64,000 bases of DNA from Felis catus (GCF_018350175.1 NC_058368.1:40984001-41048000); one strand, 5' to 3'; shown: positions 1-12,563, counted from the stretch's first letter. Made by a program: numbers and translations. Notes: a model not told the origin generated them from the letters alone.

Positions 1-50
1 ATTGGGATAGTTAAAAAAAATCATGGAATGAATGACATTTGTGGTGGATC

Positions 51-600
51 TGTATTGTATCAATTTAAGTTTAAATTTTGTTTGCCAGAATGTCTTTCTT
101 TGTGGAGTCCAGGGAAGGGTTGGAAGACAGAGGTGAAGTGGCAGCTATATTCTTGTTCTACGCTTCAGGTTTGAGCAGAGCTTGAGGTGCTGTTCTCCCT
201 AAGGGTGTGGGTTACTTACCTGCTTTCTCACTTTGTTAGGCGGGGCAGGAGCAGGACTTGAAGCAACAACCTCAGCCCCTGCCATTCTACTGGACCACGT
301 GTGCACCTAGATCCATGAGGAAAGCAGCCAGGTTCTCCTAAAAGACATTTGCAATCATCTAGGCTGGGAGCTTGGAGTTAATGAGAAACCAACAAAGATT
401 CCATTCATCCTCCCAAGAACCAATTTATCCTTCCCTTCCCAACCACCTATCTGCTTACTTCAGGCCTCCAAGAACACAAAAGAAATGATCACAGATTGTT
501 AAACCAGTTCCCCAATTGTCCGAAGCAAATTTGTATAGTAAGTGCCTTGTTATATATAACTTTCATGGGTCCACTTCTCTGATTGAACCATGACTGATAC
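51..600 (+). mobile_element. Ancient ERVL-class solo LTR (subfamily uncertain)
   Basis: TGTATTG start and …ttctctgattgaaccatgactgatac end resemble ERVL LTR termini. Confidence 0.35.
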
Positions 601-853
601 TGCATCTTTAACAAAATTCGGTGATAGGAAATTCTCACAAATTCCATGACATGATCAGGAGTAGCCAGCTTCCCGACTGTGGGATTGACACATGAGAGGC
701 TGATATATGGCCTCAGCTGCCAATGTAAAATGTTTAAAAAATAGAATACCTGATAATAGATGTAGGAAAAATGTTAGAGTAAGAAAAATGCCAATTTTGC
801 AACCCTTAATGAAATCATTGATTCCAGTGAGGATAATCGGTAAATAAAAATTA

Positions 854-969
854 GGGATGCCTGAGTGACTCAGTCAGGTGAGCCTCTGACTCTTGATTTC
901 AGCTCAGGTCATGATCCCAGGGATCGAGCCCCATGTTGGATTCCATGCCCAGCATGGAACCTACCTAAG

Positions 970-1032
<63 letters not shown>

Positions 1033-1095
1033 CTCTGTACCCCTCTCTCCCACCCACTCTCTATCCTCTCAAGTAAAATACAAAAAAACGAAATG
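854..1095 (+). mobile_element. CAN-SINE with long (CT)n tract at about 972-1029
   Basis: tRNA-derived head gggatgcctgagtgactcagtc, CT tract, A-rich tail. Confidence 0.9.
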
Positions 1096-1674
1096 AAATA
1101 TTAAGGGGAGAAGTATGGTAAGGAAAATGGGAGCTCAATGTCTTCACCTAAACCTGCAGATTACTCTTCAGTCATTGGGGGGGAAAGTCAGATATATATG
1201 CTCCCCAATATGAGGTAATGTGACGTTCACACTAGCCATGATCTATTCTTGCACACAATGTTAAACCTGGATCAATCAAATAAAACCTTTAAACAAAAAT
1301 CTAGCTTACAAGAAATATGGGAAATGGAAGAATATGTAAAATAGCATCATGAGGGGAAAAAAATCCACAATGCAAGACATTATCTGGGATAATTGACACA
1401 ATTTCCTCAACAAATCAATGTCACAGAGAAACACTTAAGGAATATAATAATCAAAAGTATTGTATGCACCTCATTTGGAACCTGATTTGAATAAACACAT
1501 ATAAAAGAATACCAGATTCGAGACTACTAGGGAAATTTTAATATGTAATGGATAGGGAGAGATTATTGTTAATTTTTAGGTATAATTTTATCACTATGGT
1601 TACGCAAAGAACTCTTTAAAAATGCATAATGAGGTATGTAAAGTGGAAAACATGAGGTCTAGGATTAGGATTTT

Positions 1675-1881
1675 TTTTAATGTTTATTTATTTTTGAGAG
1701 AGAGAGTGAGAGCAGGGGAGGGGTAGAGAGAGAGAGAGACACCAGAATTTGAAGCAGGCTCCAGGCTCCAGGCTCTGGGCTGTCAGCACAGAGCCTGACA
1801 TGGGGCTTGAATCCATGAACTGTGAGATTACGACCTGAGCAGAAGTTGAACACTTAACTGACTGAGCCACCCAGGCACCTC
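1675..1881 (-). mobile_element. CAN-SINE (feliform type)
   Basis: Consensus match; TSD taggattaggatttt at 1660-1674 and 1882-1896. Confidence 0.95.
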
Positions 1882-2429
1882 TAGGATTAGGATTTTCTTA
1901 AATTACCTGGTCAACAACAATAGCAAAAGCTAGATGAAGTAGGTTTAAAACTTGAGAGCTATTGAATCTGGATTATAGATATGGAGATTCATTACCCCAT
2001 TCTCTTTACTTTTGTTCTACATATAAAAATGTTTATAATAAAAGTTTAAAAACATCAAAAATGCTGTATATTAGCTTCAACCCCCAAAATGAAGAGAAAG
2101 TAGGGGGCTATCCTGATTTAATTTAATTAATAGAATTTATCAGGGTTAGAAGAAGGATAAGAAGAGGATGGATAAGCCTCAAATAAGCATGGGTTGGATT
2201 GTAGACTATAAAAAATAATTTAGATTTCCATTTATTCAAAAAGTAAGGGAACAAAGTTTTTTTTTTAGGTATAACTGCAGGAATTTGGAAAATTATTTTA
2301 GTCAATAAAATAGAATTTTAATTCACATTCTTTTAAATTCTCTGTACTAAGGGTAATAATGTTCAAATGCATTTAAAAGTATATTTACATTCCTAAGTTA
2401 CAAGTATTGCAAGTAAAGAATTTACAAAA

Positions 2430-2632
2430 TTAATATATACACAAATATGCATGTGAATATATGCAATATACATATACATAATGCACATGTTATATAATAT
2501 ACATATATACATTATATATACATAATACGCGTATGTATACTATATACGACCTACACATATATACATTATATGTATGTGTGTATATATGTAAGTGATAATA
2601 TACACAAAAATGTATACACACACATATATATG
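2430..2632. repeat. Degenerate (TA/CA)n low-complexity tract
   Basis: Alternating purine-pyrimidine dinucleotides. Confidence 0.8.
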
Positions 2633-3038
2633 GAATATTACCCAATTAAATAACAAGATAATTTTCTCATCTCTATAATATACTGAGATATTATACAAGT
2701 AAGCCTTAGTTCTTCTACCAACTGATTGAAGGGCTAAACTATACTTGCAAAAAATCTGAGGTTTATGCAAAAGAGGAACTGTGTTTTTTGTGTTGTTGTT
2801 TGTTTGCTAATTTAGTATGGCACTCTCTGTGGTTACTCTTCTAGATTCATAATTCTGCTATGTTTTTTGATGAATACAACAATTTTTAATATATGTTGGT
2901 ATAAGAAACAGAAACAAGATGTGAAGAAAAAAAAGATGTGAATTGTGCAGCTCTGAGTAGATCACTGCTGCAAGCCCGTGTCATACCCATGACATGGAGA
3001 GAGATCATAAAAGAGTGGAACAGAAGTGAATCAAGCCA

Positions 3039-3246
3039 GGGGCACCTGGGTGGCTCAGCCAGTTAAGCGTCCGACTTCAGTTCAGGTCATGATCTCACTG
3101 CTTGTGGGTTCAAGCCCCACGTCAGGCTCTGTGCTGACAACTTGGAACCTGGAGCCTGCTTCTGATTCTGTGTCTCCTTCTCTCTCTCTGCTCACGCTCT
3201 GTCTCTCTCTGTCTCTCAAAAATAAATAAATGTAAAAAAAAATTTG
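3039..3246 (+). mobile_element. CAN-SINE
   Basis: TSD agaagtgaatcaagcca at 3022-3038 and 3247-3263. Confidence 0.95.
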
Positions 3247-3482
3247 AGAAGTGAATCAAGCCAAGTGTTTTCAAAATATCTTTGAAAATACTTCCTGGAG
3301 GGGGAAAAAATTGTACAACAAATGTTTTACATCTGTGCCCCAGCTATTCAGAATCTATCAACAGTATTATAAGCACTTATTAGATTTGATATAGTGTAAG
3401 GAAACAATCATGCTTCATATTTTAATCTAGAGTTGCTTTAATGATGATAAAACCCTCCATATACAAAATTAGTATATCTGCT

Positions 3483-4058
3483 TGTGGTAGGCAGCGTACA
3501 AAATGGTCCCCAATGAATAGTGGCTGCTACTATACATGCCCTAGTATAGTCCTCGCCTGTTCATGTGGTCTGGACCTATTAACACATTTCTAATAAATAG
3601 AATATGACAAAAGTGATGTGATGTCACTTCAGAGATAAGGTTACTAAAGGACTGTGGGCTTCAGTCTTGGGTGCTCTCTTTTGCTTTCTTGTTTGCTATC
3701 TCTAAATGAAACAAGCTATCAAGTGGTGAATGCCCCATGGAGGACATGCAAATGGGGGAAATTTTGGGCAATAATCACAGAAGAACTAGGACCATCGGTG
3801 TACAAACCCATGAGTTCCTGAATACTGTCAATAGCCATGTGAATTACCTTACAATTTAATCTTCTTCATTTGAGCCTTTAAATAAAACCACAGTCTCACC
3901 TGACACCTTGATTGCCGCCTTGTGAGAGACCTTAAGCCAGTCATAGAGCTAAGTGAGACCCAGGTTCATAACTACAAAATGTGTGATATTATAAATAATT
4001 GTTTTTCTACTCTACTAAATTTGGCGTAATTTGTGAAACAGCTTTATATTAGTAATAC
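3483..4058 (+). mobile_element. MaLR solo LTR (MLT1F-like)
   Basis: tgtggtaggcag…aaatggtccccaatga start and …tttggcgtaatttgt…taataca end. Confidence 0.75.
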
Positions 4059-4484
4059 ATTGTTGTTCCTAAATACACATTGACCAGTGTAGAGAAGTTA
4101 TTACATTTTAATTGGCAACCATTAATTTTCAGTCCTCTAATTTATATTCCAATCTCGAGGTTGGAGGGAACCTAGAATGTCATGCAGCCAACTTATTTCC
4201 AAGTTACCTGACATAAAATTCTTGAAGCTTTAAAACATATTTGCACATGGCAAAAATCATCTAGCTTTTCACAACGCTTGTTTTCCTTTTGTCCTAGGGA
4301 CACAGCTCCAGCTGGACTCTTATTTTCTACACTTCATTTTCGTTAGGTATGTTCTCATTGCCGTATAGTTGAATTCTGACATTTGATTGATTGTTGTCAG
4401 AGTGAGTTTTGCTCTTTCCAAGTAAACACATGAACACTAAATTTCACTTACACATGATGGCTTTTCAATTATTTAAAATACTTA

Positions 4485-4689
4485 GGGGCGCCTGGGTGGC
4501 TCAGTTGGTTAAGTGTCTGTCTTCGGCTCAGGTCATGATCTCACAGTTCTTGAGTTTGAGCCCCGCATCAGGTTCTGTGCTGACAGCTCAGAGCCTGAAG
4601 CCTGCTTCAGATTCTGTGTCTCCCTCTCTTTCTGTCCCTTCCCTGCTCGTACTGTCTCTCAAAAAAATGAATAAATGTTAAAAAATTTT
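4485..4689 (+). mobile_element. CAN-SINE
   Basis: TSD tttaaaatactta at 4472-4484 and 4690-4702. Confidence 0.95.
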
Positions 4690-4884
4690 TTTAAAATACT
4701 TAAACATCCATGAACTTTTTTTTTTTTTTGGTGCAACACTCTTGAATTATGTAGGTTTCCTCACATGGATTTTATTTTTGCAATTTTAAATTATTATTAT
4801 ATGCTCATATTCCAATATTAAAATATGATGTCCGTAAATATTTGAAAGAAGAAAAAACAATTCATATTCACTGTGTTGTCTTAC

Positions 4885-5000
4885 CTATACACATGAGAGG
4901 AATTTCCACTTCCCTTATTCACATAATTACACAGATATTGATCTTGATTATGGTTGTATTTAGGGTTTTTGTTGTTTTTTCCATGAAACATGGTAAACTT
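4885..5000 (-). pseudogene. Candidate exon, 116 nt, phase 0-2: KFTMFHGKNNKNPKYNHNQDQYLCNYVNKGSGNSSHVY
   Basis: Very strong acceptor ttcacctttttttttag and donor TAG|gtaaga; open. Confidence 0.65.
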
Positions 5001-5199
5001 CTAAAAAAAAAGGTGAATAAACAACTTGTGTTTTTTAAATATATTATCATTTTCTCTCTATTCTGAATTTTACCAATTAGATGTTTGTATTGAAGTGAAA
5101 TTCTTTGTTTATTCTCTTAAAATGTATTTTCTTTGATGCAATTCATTGTCATAGGCCTTCTTGAATAGCAATAGTTTTATTCAATCAATTAATCCCTAC

Positions 5200-5349
5200 C
5201 CATTTTCTGTCATACAATAAGAAAAGCAGTTTTCCAACATCATCATCAAAATCATGATCATGCTGCTTAATAAGACAGGACTAAGGGCAGATATCTGAGA
5301 CTTGCCAGTAGAGAAAACAGTATAGTTTGACGATAATTTTTGAGAAACA
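5200..5349 (-). pseudogene. Candidate exon, 150 nt, phase 0-0: CFSKIIVKLYCFLYWQVSDICP*SCLIKQHDHDFDDDVGKLLFLLYDRKW
   Basis: Acceptor aattttattccctag, donor TGG|gtaggg; one TAG at 5281-5283 (a second frame is fully open). Confidence 0.6.
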
Positions 5350-5969
5350 CTAGGGAATAAAATTCCAAAATTAACAGTGCAAAAAATGATAATATTATCA
5401 AAATGCAAGTCAACATAAATTAACAAAAAAAATACCTGACTTTCAACGTGAATCAGAATTATTACTAGTTTTATTAGAAAAGTATTTCCTCTTTATAACA
5501 TGAATCTGATTTTCTATCATGAATTCCAGTTTGAAAGACAAAACAATCCCCCTGAAATCTGCAGCACTTAAATAATTTAAATTAACTTTAAATTGTGCTT
5601 TACTTTAAAAGCCCAGAATCACAACCACAACCTTACTGGAAAGCTTATAAAATTTTGAAATGCTCCAATAATTTTAATTCTTATAGAAGCTTGGTACCTT
5701 CCAAATTAAAGTGCTAATAAAAAAATTAGCACTGAAATTTAAATCTCCATGAGCAATGCAGAATGATTTAAAATTATTGAAGCCTTTCAATTTTTTATGA
5801 GCTTTCTATGTGGAAGTGAATCAGGCAGCTTCTTTAGTTGCAAAGTATTCACTTAAAAACATACAAACAACATTGTCAGAACGGAGCAATTTCCTGGAGC
5901 AAATATCTGTTCGGTTTGTCAAATATGATATGAAAAAAAACCAACAATAAACATTTAAAGATATTATTT

Positions 5970-5980
5970 ATAATAATAAT

Positions 5981-6023
<43 letters not shown>
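5970..6023. repeat. (TAA)n(TA)n microsatellite
   Basis: Direct reading. Confidence 0.95.
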
Positions 6024-6025
<2 letters not shown>

Positions 6026-6135
6026 CCCCTTCAGAGTCCAGTTACTCCCATCCAACTAATTATCTGAAGTTCCTCTGATATCCGGTGCTATACTTCAGAG
6101 AGATAAAGATGGGAAACAAGAATCAAACGCTTCCA

Positions 6136-6354
6136 GGGGCACCTGGGTGGCTCAGTTGGTTAAGTGTCAGACTTCATCTCAGGTCGCGATCTTGCGGTTT
6201 GTGAGTTCAAGCCCTGCGTCGGGCTTTGTGCTGAGGGCTCAGAGCCTGGAGCCTGCTTCAGGTTCTGTGTCTCCCTCTCTCAACCCCTCCCCAGCTTGCA
6301 CTCTGCCTCTCTGACTTTCTCAAAAATAAATAAGCATTAAAAAAATTTAAAAAA
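6136..6354 (+). mobile_element. CAN-SINE
   Basis: TSD aagaatcaaa(c/g)gcttcca at 6118-6135 and 6355-6372. Confidence 0.95.
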
Positions 6355-6830
6355 AAGAATCAAAGGCTTCCAGGAAATATATAAACTTTTGGGACATGGA
6401 AATCACTACCCTAAAACTTATTGTTTTGCCATCCATCTTGCCTGAGTCTGTGGCCCATTGGACATGCATTAAAAACCTCGAACACAACCTACGTTGAGCA
6501 TATTTTGTAATGAGGGAATCTACCTAGTTTCTTCTCACTGTTAGGAAATGAGTGTCCTGTTGTCTGTGAGTGTATTGTCATGAGCACAGCTAGAACATTC
6601 TGGTTGCAGTTGTGGAGGTAGTTCTTTTGAGATGGTCTGTTTTCCCTTCTTACAAGTTCAAAGGGTATGTCTCTTTCATGAAGTCATAAAACACACCAGA
6701 TAGTTAATCTCATGTATATAGGAATACACATCCTTTTTGTTTCTATTGGCAAATTGGACTCGTCTTTTCTACTCCCAAGCATAGTAAAAAGCAGTGAGAG
6801 TGAAGGATAAAAGACAGCAAACAAACAAAC

Positions 6831-6925
6831 CAGAAGTCTTCTCAGATTTATAACTACTCTTAAATGTGGACTTGTATTCCTTGTAGGAATTCCATTGTTT
6901 TGCTTCAAGCCCTTGACATCTTTTC
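6831..6925 (-). pseudogene. Candidate exon, 95 nt, phase 1-0: (G)KDVKGLKQNNGIPTRNTSPHLRVVINLRRLL
   Basis: Acceptor ccttattatttctatag, donor CTG|gtttgt; open. Confidence 0.55.
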
Positions 6926-7268
6926 CTATAGAAATAATAAGGAATAGTTTTTAAAACTTCAGTACCTGAGACTTCTTATAATTATGCCTTGTAAAGTTTT
7001 AACTAAAACACTTTTTTGGTAGTAAAAAGGCTCATGACATTCAAAGTCTGTGGTTTATTTTATATATTTCCTTATGTACATTTGATTAAAACAATACATT
7101 TGTTTCCTAGATGCATAGTTTTTTTTTTTTTTTAAAGGTAAGCTTCAGGCTTTATTCTCTAGGAAAGAATAATTTGTCATGTTTACACCAGTACTTGAAA
7201 TTTCAATGTTCCAAAAATATCTACTTAATTAAGAAGTACTGTGCTTTCCAGATAGTTCCGTTACCTAC

Positions 7269-7491
7269 CATTCCATTTACATTTGTTAATGGTATATGAT
7301 GTAGGGGAGGGGAAAGAAATGTGTTGGCCAGTGGAAAGATTTTCAGAACTCCTGTCTGTACCTTCTCTGGTCTTATATTTTGGTGTTTTTTGGCTGTTAA
7401 TCATGGTGTAACTGCTGCCATGGATGACAGCTGGCAATGATTTAACCACATCCAAACCACCAATATTTGCACTCTCCCTTCTTTCTGGTTT
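7269..7491 (-). pseudogene. Candidate exon, 223 nt, phase 0-1: KPERRESANIGGLDVVKSLPAVIHGSSYTMINSQKTPKYKTREGTDRSSENLSTGQHISFPSPTSYTINKCKWN
   Basis: Acceptor actttatttttcctag, donor ATG|gtaggt (alternative TAG|gtaacg at 7265); 74 open codons. Confidence 0.65.
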
Positions 7492-7572
7492 CTAGGAAAA
7501 ATAAAGTATTCCTTTCTTTTTAAAGGAGTTTTTACAAAAAATATTTGCCAGGATAATAGTAGCAGAAGTTAC

Positions 7573-7764
7573 TTTATATTAATTTCCTCTTTTTTACCAC
7601 AATTCACATTTCCAAATGCAGAAAGAATGGAAGGTTTGCGGGGAATAGCTACACCCAGAAATCCAGAAGTTTTTATGAATCTAGTGCATTCCCAAATTGT
7701 ATTCTCATGGTGAATCACTCTTTCTTAACTCAACGTTATTTGCTGACTCTCCTCTTGAGTCTCC
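7573..7764 (-). pseudogene. Candidate exon, 192 nt: ETQEESQQITLS*ERVIHHENTIWECTRFIKTSGFLGVAIPRKPSILSAFGNVNCGKKEEINI (best frame)
   Basis: Acceptor gtctggtttcttaag, donor AAA|gtaact; 81-nt intron to the next exon. Confidence 0.45.
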
Positions 7765-7784
7765 CTTAAGAAACCAGACATTTT

Positions 7785-7995
7785 AAATAGAGATATAATG
7801 TACACACAAGAAAAGTCATAGACACTTTCATTTCTATGAGTTTCGATAATTATATATTCCTATCTAACTGCTACCCATGATGTGGAGAACATTTTCTTCA
7901 CCACAGAGATCCCCAGACAGTCATGAGATTTCATATAAGTGAAATCATACAGTATGCATTCTTTGTGTCTTTTTTTGTTCACCATAATAATGGTG
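7785..7995 (-). mobile_element. Old L1 (L1MB/ME-like) 3' fragment
   Basis: catataagtgaaatcatacagtatgcattctttgtgtct motif. Confidence 0.5.
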
Positions 7996-8003
7996 CCTAC
8001 CTA

Positions 8004-8495
8004 TGTAGGGGAGGAAAAAAAATCCTTCTTTCCTCCAAGATTCTCCCATCTGGGTTAGGAATTAAATTGACATAAGACAGATAAATGGTAGGAAAAAAAT
8101 GAAACTGGGACCCCAGAAATGACCAACACAGGCAGTTTTATACATTTATTCATGAGACAGCAAATTTGTCAGGAATTGACAGGATGAAGAAAACATGTTT
8201 GAGAGTATTAGCTAATAAAGTGTTCTGAGTGGAATTTGGATTGAGATATTAAGGTAGTAAAAAAGTAACAATGTTTAGTTTGTATAGCTTTCTCTGCTTT
8301 AAAGTTGCTATCTCAGATGATAAGGATGTTTTTTACTTCTCAGTACAGGGAGGGTACTTTTCATATTTCCTGCTTTGAAGGGACATAAGGGGGTCTGAGT
8401 GTCCTTGCATCAGCTGTTTTCCAAGTGACTTCAATTCATAATAGTCAATATACCATTGTAGAACATTTTTGGGTGGCCTGCCTTGGGCTCCTATA
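8004..8495 (-). mobile_element. ERV1 solo LTR (MER34/CarLTR-like)
   Basis: Minus strand ccacccaaaaatgttctacaatggtatattgactattatgaattgaag; aattaaattgacataagacagat motif; flanks ccta/cctg. Confidence 0.7.
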
Positions 8496-8756
8496 CCTGT
8501 AAATCTACTCTGATAAAGAATTTGGTAATATATGCATATCTCAGTGTCAACCACATACTAAATGTTTAAGAACTATTATTTACGTAACATTTTGTTAAAT
8601 CCGGATTCATTCTGTTTCAATTTTAACAGAAGCTAAAACCAAAAAGTAGCAGTGATTTCATATTTGAAATAAAAGTGCGAGACCAGATGTAAAATCAAGA
8701 AAGAATGTGAAAATAGCATTTTTGTGAACCTTGACTTCATATTTCATTGCAGAAAA

Positions 8757-9321
8757 TTAAAAAGTAGAGAATAAAAAATTGACAGTAAATTTCTGTAGGA
8801 GCAATGTACACAGAGAAGAAAAAAAGGAAGAAAAGAAGGAGGAAAAGAAATGAAGGAAGAAAAAATATAGAAGAGCAGAGAGCATTGTGTGAGGCAGAGT
8901 TTTGTTGTGACGGCATGCAGAAAGCTGCCTTTGGGGAGTGTACTTGCTCTGAGCAGTGATCAGAAGGACATGCTTATTGCAAACTAGGTCGGGATGTCCA
9001 AGGTAGGCATAATGAAGTGGGGGGAAGTGTTCCAGGAGTCTACAGGGACATCTATGAATTTTAAACATTTTTTTGTGGACAGAACGAACCAACACCTGAT
9101 TACGGTGTGTCTTACAAGAACTTTTCTCTCTTTCTCTCTCTTCCCTATTTTGATCCCTGAGGTCATGGGGGACAGATCTAGGTGGAGGAATAGGAAATCT
9201 ACTAATCAAAACTTTCCGACTCACAGTATCCAGATTAAGGGATAAAGAATAATCTTTGACTTTAAACAAAGTTTGAAGTTCAATCAATATAATGGATGAA
9301 TTAATTTTTAAATATTAATTT
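8757..9321 (-). pseudogene. Long open frame (ORF 8757..9287, 176 aa), probably containing an exon of the relic gene
   Basis: Longest non-repeat ORF in the window, same strand as the exon chain; acceptor tattcaattttag before 9321; 3' part is low complexity; donor unclear. Confidence 0.4.
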
Positions 9322-9373
9322 CTAAAATTGAATACTTGCTTATTATTTATTTAATTATTATTTGATTACTTTT

Positions 9374-9578
9374 TGGTAATTATTGAGAGAAAGAGAGACA
9401 GAGACAGAGTGAGAGAGGGACCAGAGGAGGGGCAGAGAGAGAGACGCAGAATCTGAAGCAGGCTCCAGGCTCTGAGCTGTCAGCACAGAGCCTGACATGG
9501 GGCTCAAACTCACAAACTGTGAGATCATGACCTGAGCCTAAGTCAGACGCTTAACCGACTGAGCCACCCAGGCACCCC
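9374..9578 (-). mobile_element. CAN-SINE
   Basis: TSD tatttgatta(c/t)tttt. Confidence 0.93.
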
Positions 9579-10511
9579 TATTTGATTATTTTTAACCAAA
9601 TATGAGAGGACATTTCATGTCTGAAACTAAAAGGATAACTAATGTATCCTACTTTAAATTTTATACAGGACCAGAGAAGAAATGAGTTTCATAGATTAAG
9701 TTGAAACCAGTATTGAGAGAGAGAGGAATTCTTACACTACTATTTGGATCTATTTGTTCACCCCTGTTTTCATCTAGCTATTTCTACACATCATTCAAAA
9801 CACTGATCATATGTGAATCCTTTAGCCAAATTCCTCAGACTCATCTAATCTAGAATATGTGACCTTTCAGGGAACCCGCAGCACCCACAGTGACAAATTC
9901 TATCCTGACACTGTCACTCTAAATTACTTACTTTTTTGTTATAGACATTGAAAACTTAAGGAGAGAAAATCTGCTTTAAATTCTGCATGCCCAAGTCCTA
10001 GAATGTTGTGTAGCCCTGAGAATATACTTGATTAGTGTTAGTCTCTTGAATAAACAAATTAAGTGAATGTATATATGTGGCACCTAATGAAGTTGTGTAC
10101 ATGCTTAATGTAAAGCGCTAATAATAGCTTATCTTATGTTTGCAAAACACAGGTGAAATAAAAAGTTCTCGCATTGGATTTTGTTTTAGAGTAGTCATAA
10201 TTAAATTATGTATTGTTTTAATATAATATTTTCTATTCAATCTCATTACTTTATTAATAACATTTTATAAGTAGTAGTAATAATAATATATGGCTATTTA
10301 AATTGTATGCTTTAAAGAAAAAGTTCTGCACAAAGTTCCTTTGAAGCCAAATTTAATTCTTCATTACTTGTAATTTTTTTCCAGAGCAGAACATATGACA
10401 GTTAAGCTATGATTTCCAAGTAATTCTGAATTTCAGTTAGATAACAACTAAAACCACCAGGCATTTAAAGATAAGCATGGAATATTGAAAGGATGTGCCT
10501 TAAGGACATAC

Positions 10512-10596
10512 CTTATCTAATTGATCTTAATGAGGTCTTGTTAGAACAACACAAGCTTCAAATCAAATTTCAGGCTTTGACTTGATCTTGGCTTTT
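10512..10596 (-). pseudogene. Candidate exon, 85 nt, phase 2-0: (R)KAKIKSKPEI*FEACVVLTRPH*DQLDK
   Basis: Acceptor tacccctttaag, donor AAG|gtatgt; phase matches the previous exon. Confidence 0.55.
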
Positions 10597-10730
10597 CTTA
10601 AAGGGGTACACATGCATGCATGCATGCTTGTGTTTGTGTGTGTATCTGTGTGTGTGTGTGTAACCTTGGTAAAAAGTTCCTCAACTTTAAGGTGATTTCT
10701 GAAAACTGTTACAGCCCCATGTTCTCTCAC

Positions 10731-10894
10731 CTACTGCTTCTATCAACTATGTTTACCCTCTCTGCTGTGGAGCTTCCTCTCTGCTCATCCCCCATGATCC
10801 TTTCGAACTGTTATTTCTCTTTGAAATCTTCTCCTATGCGTTGGCTTCTTCTCTGTAGTCTTAGTAGTCCCTTATTTCCTTCACCCATGACTAC
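10731..10894 (-). pseudogene. Candidate exon, 164 nt, phase 0-2: VVMGEGNKGLLRLQRRSQRIGEDFKEK*QFERIMGDEQRGSSTAERVNIVDRSS
   Basis: Acceptor ttttatttcacccatag, donor TAG|gtgaga; single TAA at 10811-10813. Confidence 0.6.
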
Positions 10895-11498
10895 CTATGG
10901 GTGAAATAAAATTTCAAGAATGTTTTAGTATTTTGTATTATTTTATTAAAGGGCATCAATATTAAAACCCCCACCCTTCACCATTCTTTTGAACTAATCT
11001 TCTCATTAAATTTGTCCTAAGATATATTAAAAAATAAAGGTTTCCCCAATCATGTGCTTGGAAACCAATCTATTGAGAACGGGGTGGGGCTTGGTAATCA
11101 CCAATTTCTAACAGTTTTATGCATGATTATCTTGATTGGTCAAGGTTAGAAATCATTTCATTAGATTACACTTAAAATAGCATGTATTGAAATGTCTTGC
11201 TATCACATTTAAATGCATAACTAATTAGCATTATTGAGTAGTTCTCCATTTGTCTCAGTACATGAGAGCTAACCCTCTGTTGGCAAAATAGATTCCTCTG
11301 CAGATTAAACATTATAACAGGGCAAATCAATGTCAAAAAATAAAAGAATGAACAATTCATGGACCATATAATACCTACTGTACTCTAAAGGCTTTAATAT
11401 GTCATAAATCTTAAAGTAAATGTTCATTGAGAGAATATTTTCAATTTATATATTTAAATGAAATTTTAAAGAGTTTCCATTACTAGAAATGTTCTTAC

Positions 11499-11687
11499 CT
11501 CATATTTCATAATACCATAGACAAGACTATTCTAAATCCAACTAACAAAGCCTAAGCCAGTTAAAAATATCCATAAAACTTAACAGGAATTGGGTAATGT
11601 ATTTATAGTTAATGAAGCACAAAAGGACTTAATTGAGTCTGAAAATTCTTGTATTTCATGAGTGGTTTATGGAAGTTGAGATATGAG
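11499..11687 (-). pseudogene. Candidate exon, 189 nt: LISQLP*TTHEIQEFSDSIKSFCASLTINTLPNSC*VLWIFLTGLGFVSWI*NSLVYGIMKYE
   Basis: T-run then acactcag acceptor; donor GAG|gtaaga; 63 codons. Confidence 0.5.
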
Positions 11688-11815
11688 CTGAGTGTGCATG
11701 TAAAAAAAAAAGTACAGTAAAATTTTAATTGGCACATCTCCACTGAAGCAAAAATTTGCCAATTAAGTGATATGCTGATTATAGTGATAGAAATTTGATT
11801 TTACGCTATATTCTT

Positions 11816-12032
11816 TTTTTTTTTTTTTTCAACGTTTATTTATTTTTGGGACAGAGAGAGACAGAGCATGAACGGGGGAGGGGCAGAGAGAGAGGGAGAC
11901 ACAGAATCGGAAACAGGCTCCAGGCTCTGAGCCATCAGCCCAGAGCCCGACGCGGGGCTCGAACTCACGGACCGCGAGATCGTGACCTGGCTGAAGTCGG
12001 ACGCCCAACCGACTGCGCCACCCAGGCGCCCC
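11816..12032 (-). mobile_element. Young feline SINEC_Fc
   Basis: CpG-rich near-consensus copy; 20-bp TSD tgattttac(g/a)ctatattctt. Confidence 0.97.
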
Positions 12033-12563
12033 TGATTTTACACTATATTCTTATCAACACTGGCAAAAATATTTTTTGGGTTACTATAAACACAGGGAAA
12101 TTAGGTGACTGCTTGGGAGGCAAAGGTGGAAAAATATTGGTCAGCTTCATATACCATGAATATATTTTATTCAGTAAGTGCAAAAATCTTTCAAAAACAT
12201 CTTAAAGGCATTCCTAGGATTTGAAAACCTTTTTCTGCTTTTAGGTTATTTTCTGGTAAAGTGTAAATGAATCAGGGAAAGGAAATATCTGTAGCCATTT
12301 ATCAGTAATTATTTTGCAAGGTTGACATTGAAACTATTTAACAAAAGGGGCCACTAGTCCAGGCTAAAGCTGAATATCAAAAGCTGTATCTTTTTGTACT
12401 ACCTGACATCAGCTCTCACAAAGACATATAGTGGAAATGAGACATGAGTTAAACACAGTGGATTCAGAGATGCTTAAAATAGAAAAGAGGCATGCATGTG
12501 TTCAAAGACATTTAAAAATGTTATTATTTTAATATGGAAACAAAGCTTTACATGTAAAATTAC

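Larger units (their letters stand above)
740..2052 (+). mobile_element. Old L1 (L1MC-like) 3' end, interrupted by two SINEs
   Basis: L1M 3'UTR motifs ending …tataataaaagtttaaaaa. Confidence 0.5.

Noticed and set aside
2123..2900. Possible terminal exons near 2900-2746 and 2275
   Set aside because: One acceptor is non-canonical (caa) and phases do not match exon 4885; too weak to list
3039..3125. tRNA-like A/B boxes at SINE heads
   Set aside because: tRNA-derived SINE promoters followed by CT tract and poly(A); not tRNA genes
6880..6925. CQGLEAKQWNSY resembles the neurotrophin motif CRGIDxKHWNSxC
   Set aside because: Lacks the following cysteines, and the mature neurotrophin domain is encoded within one exon; chance similarity
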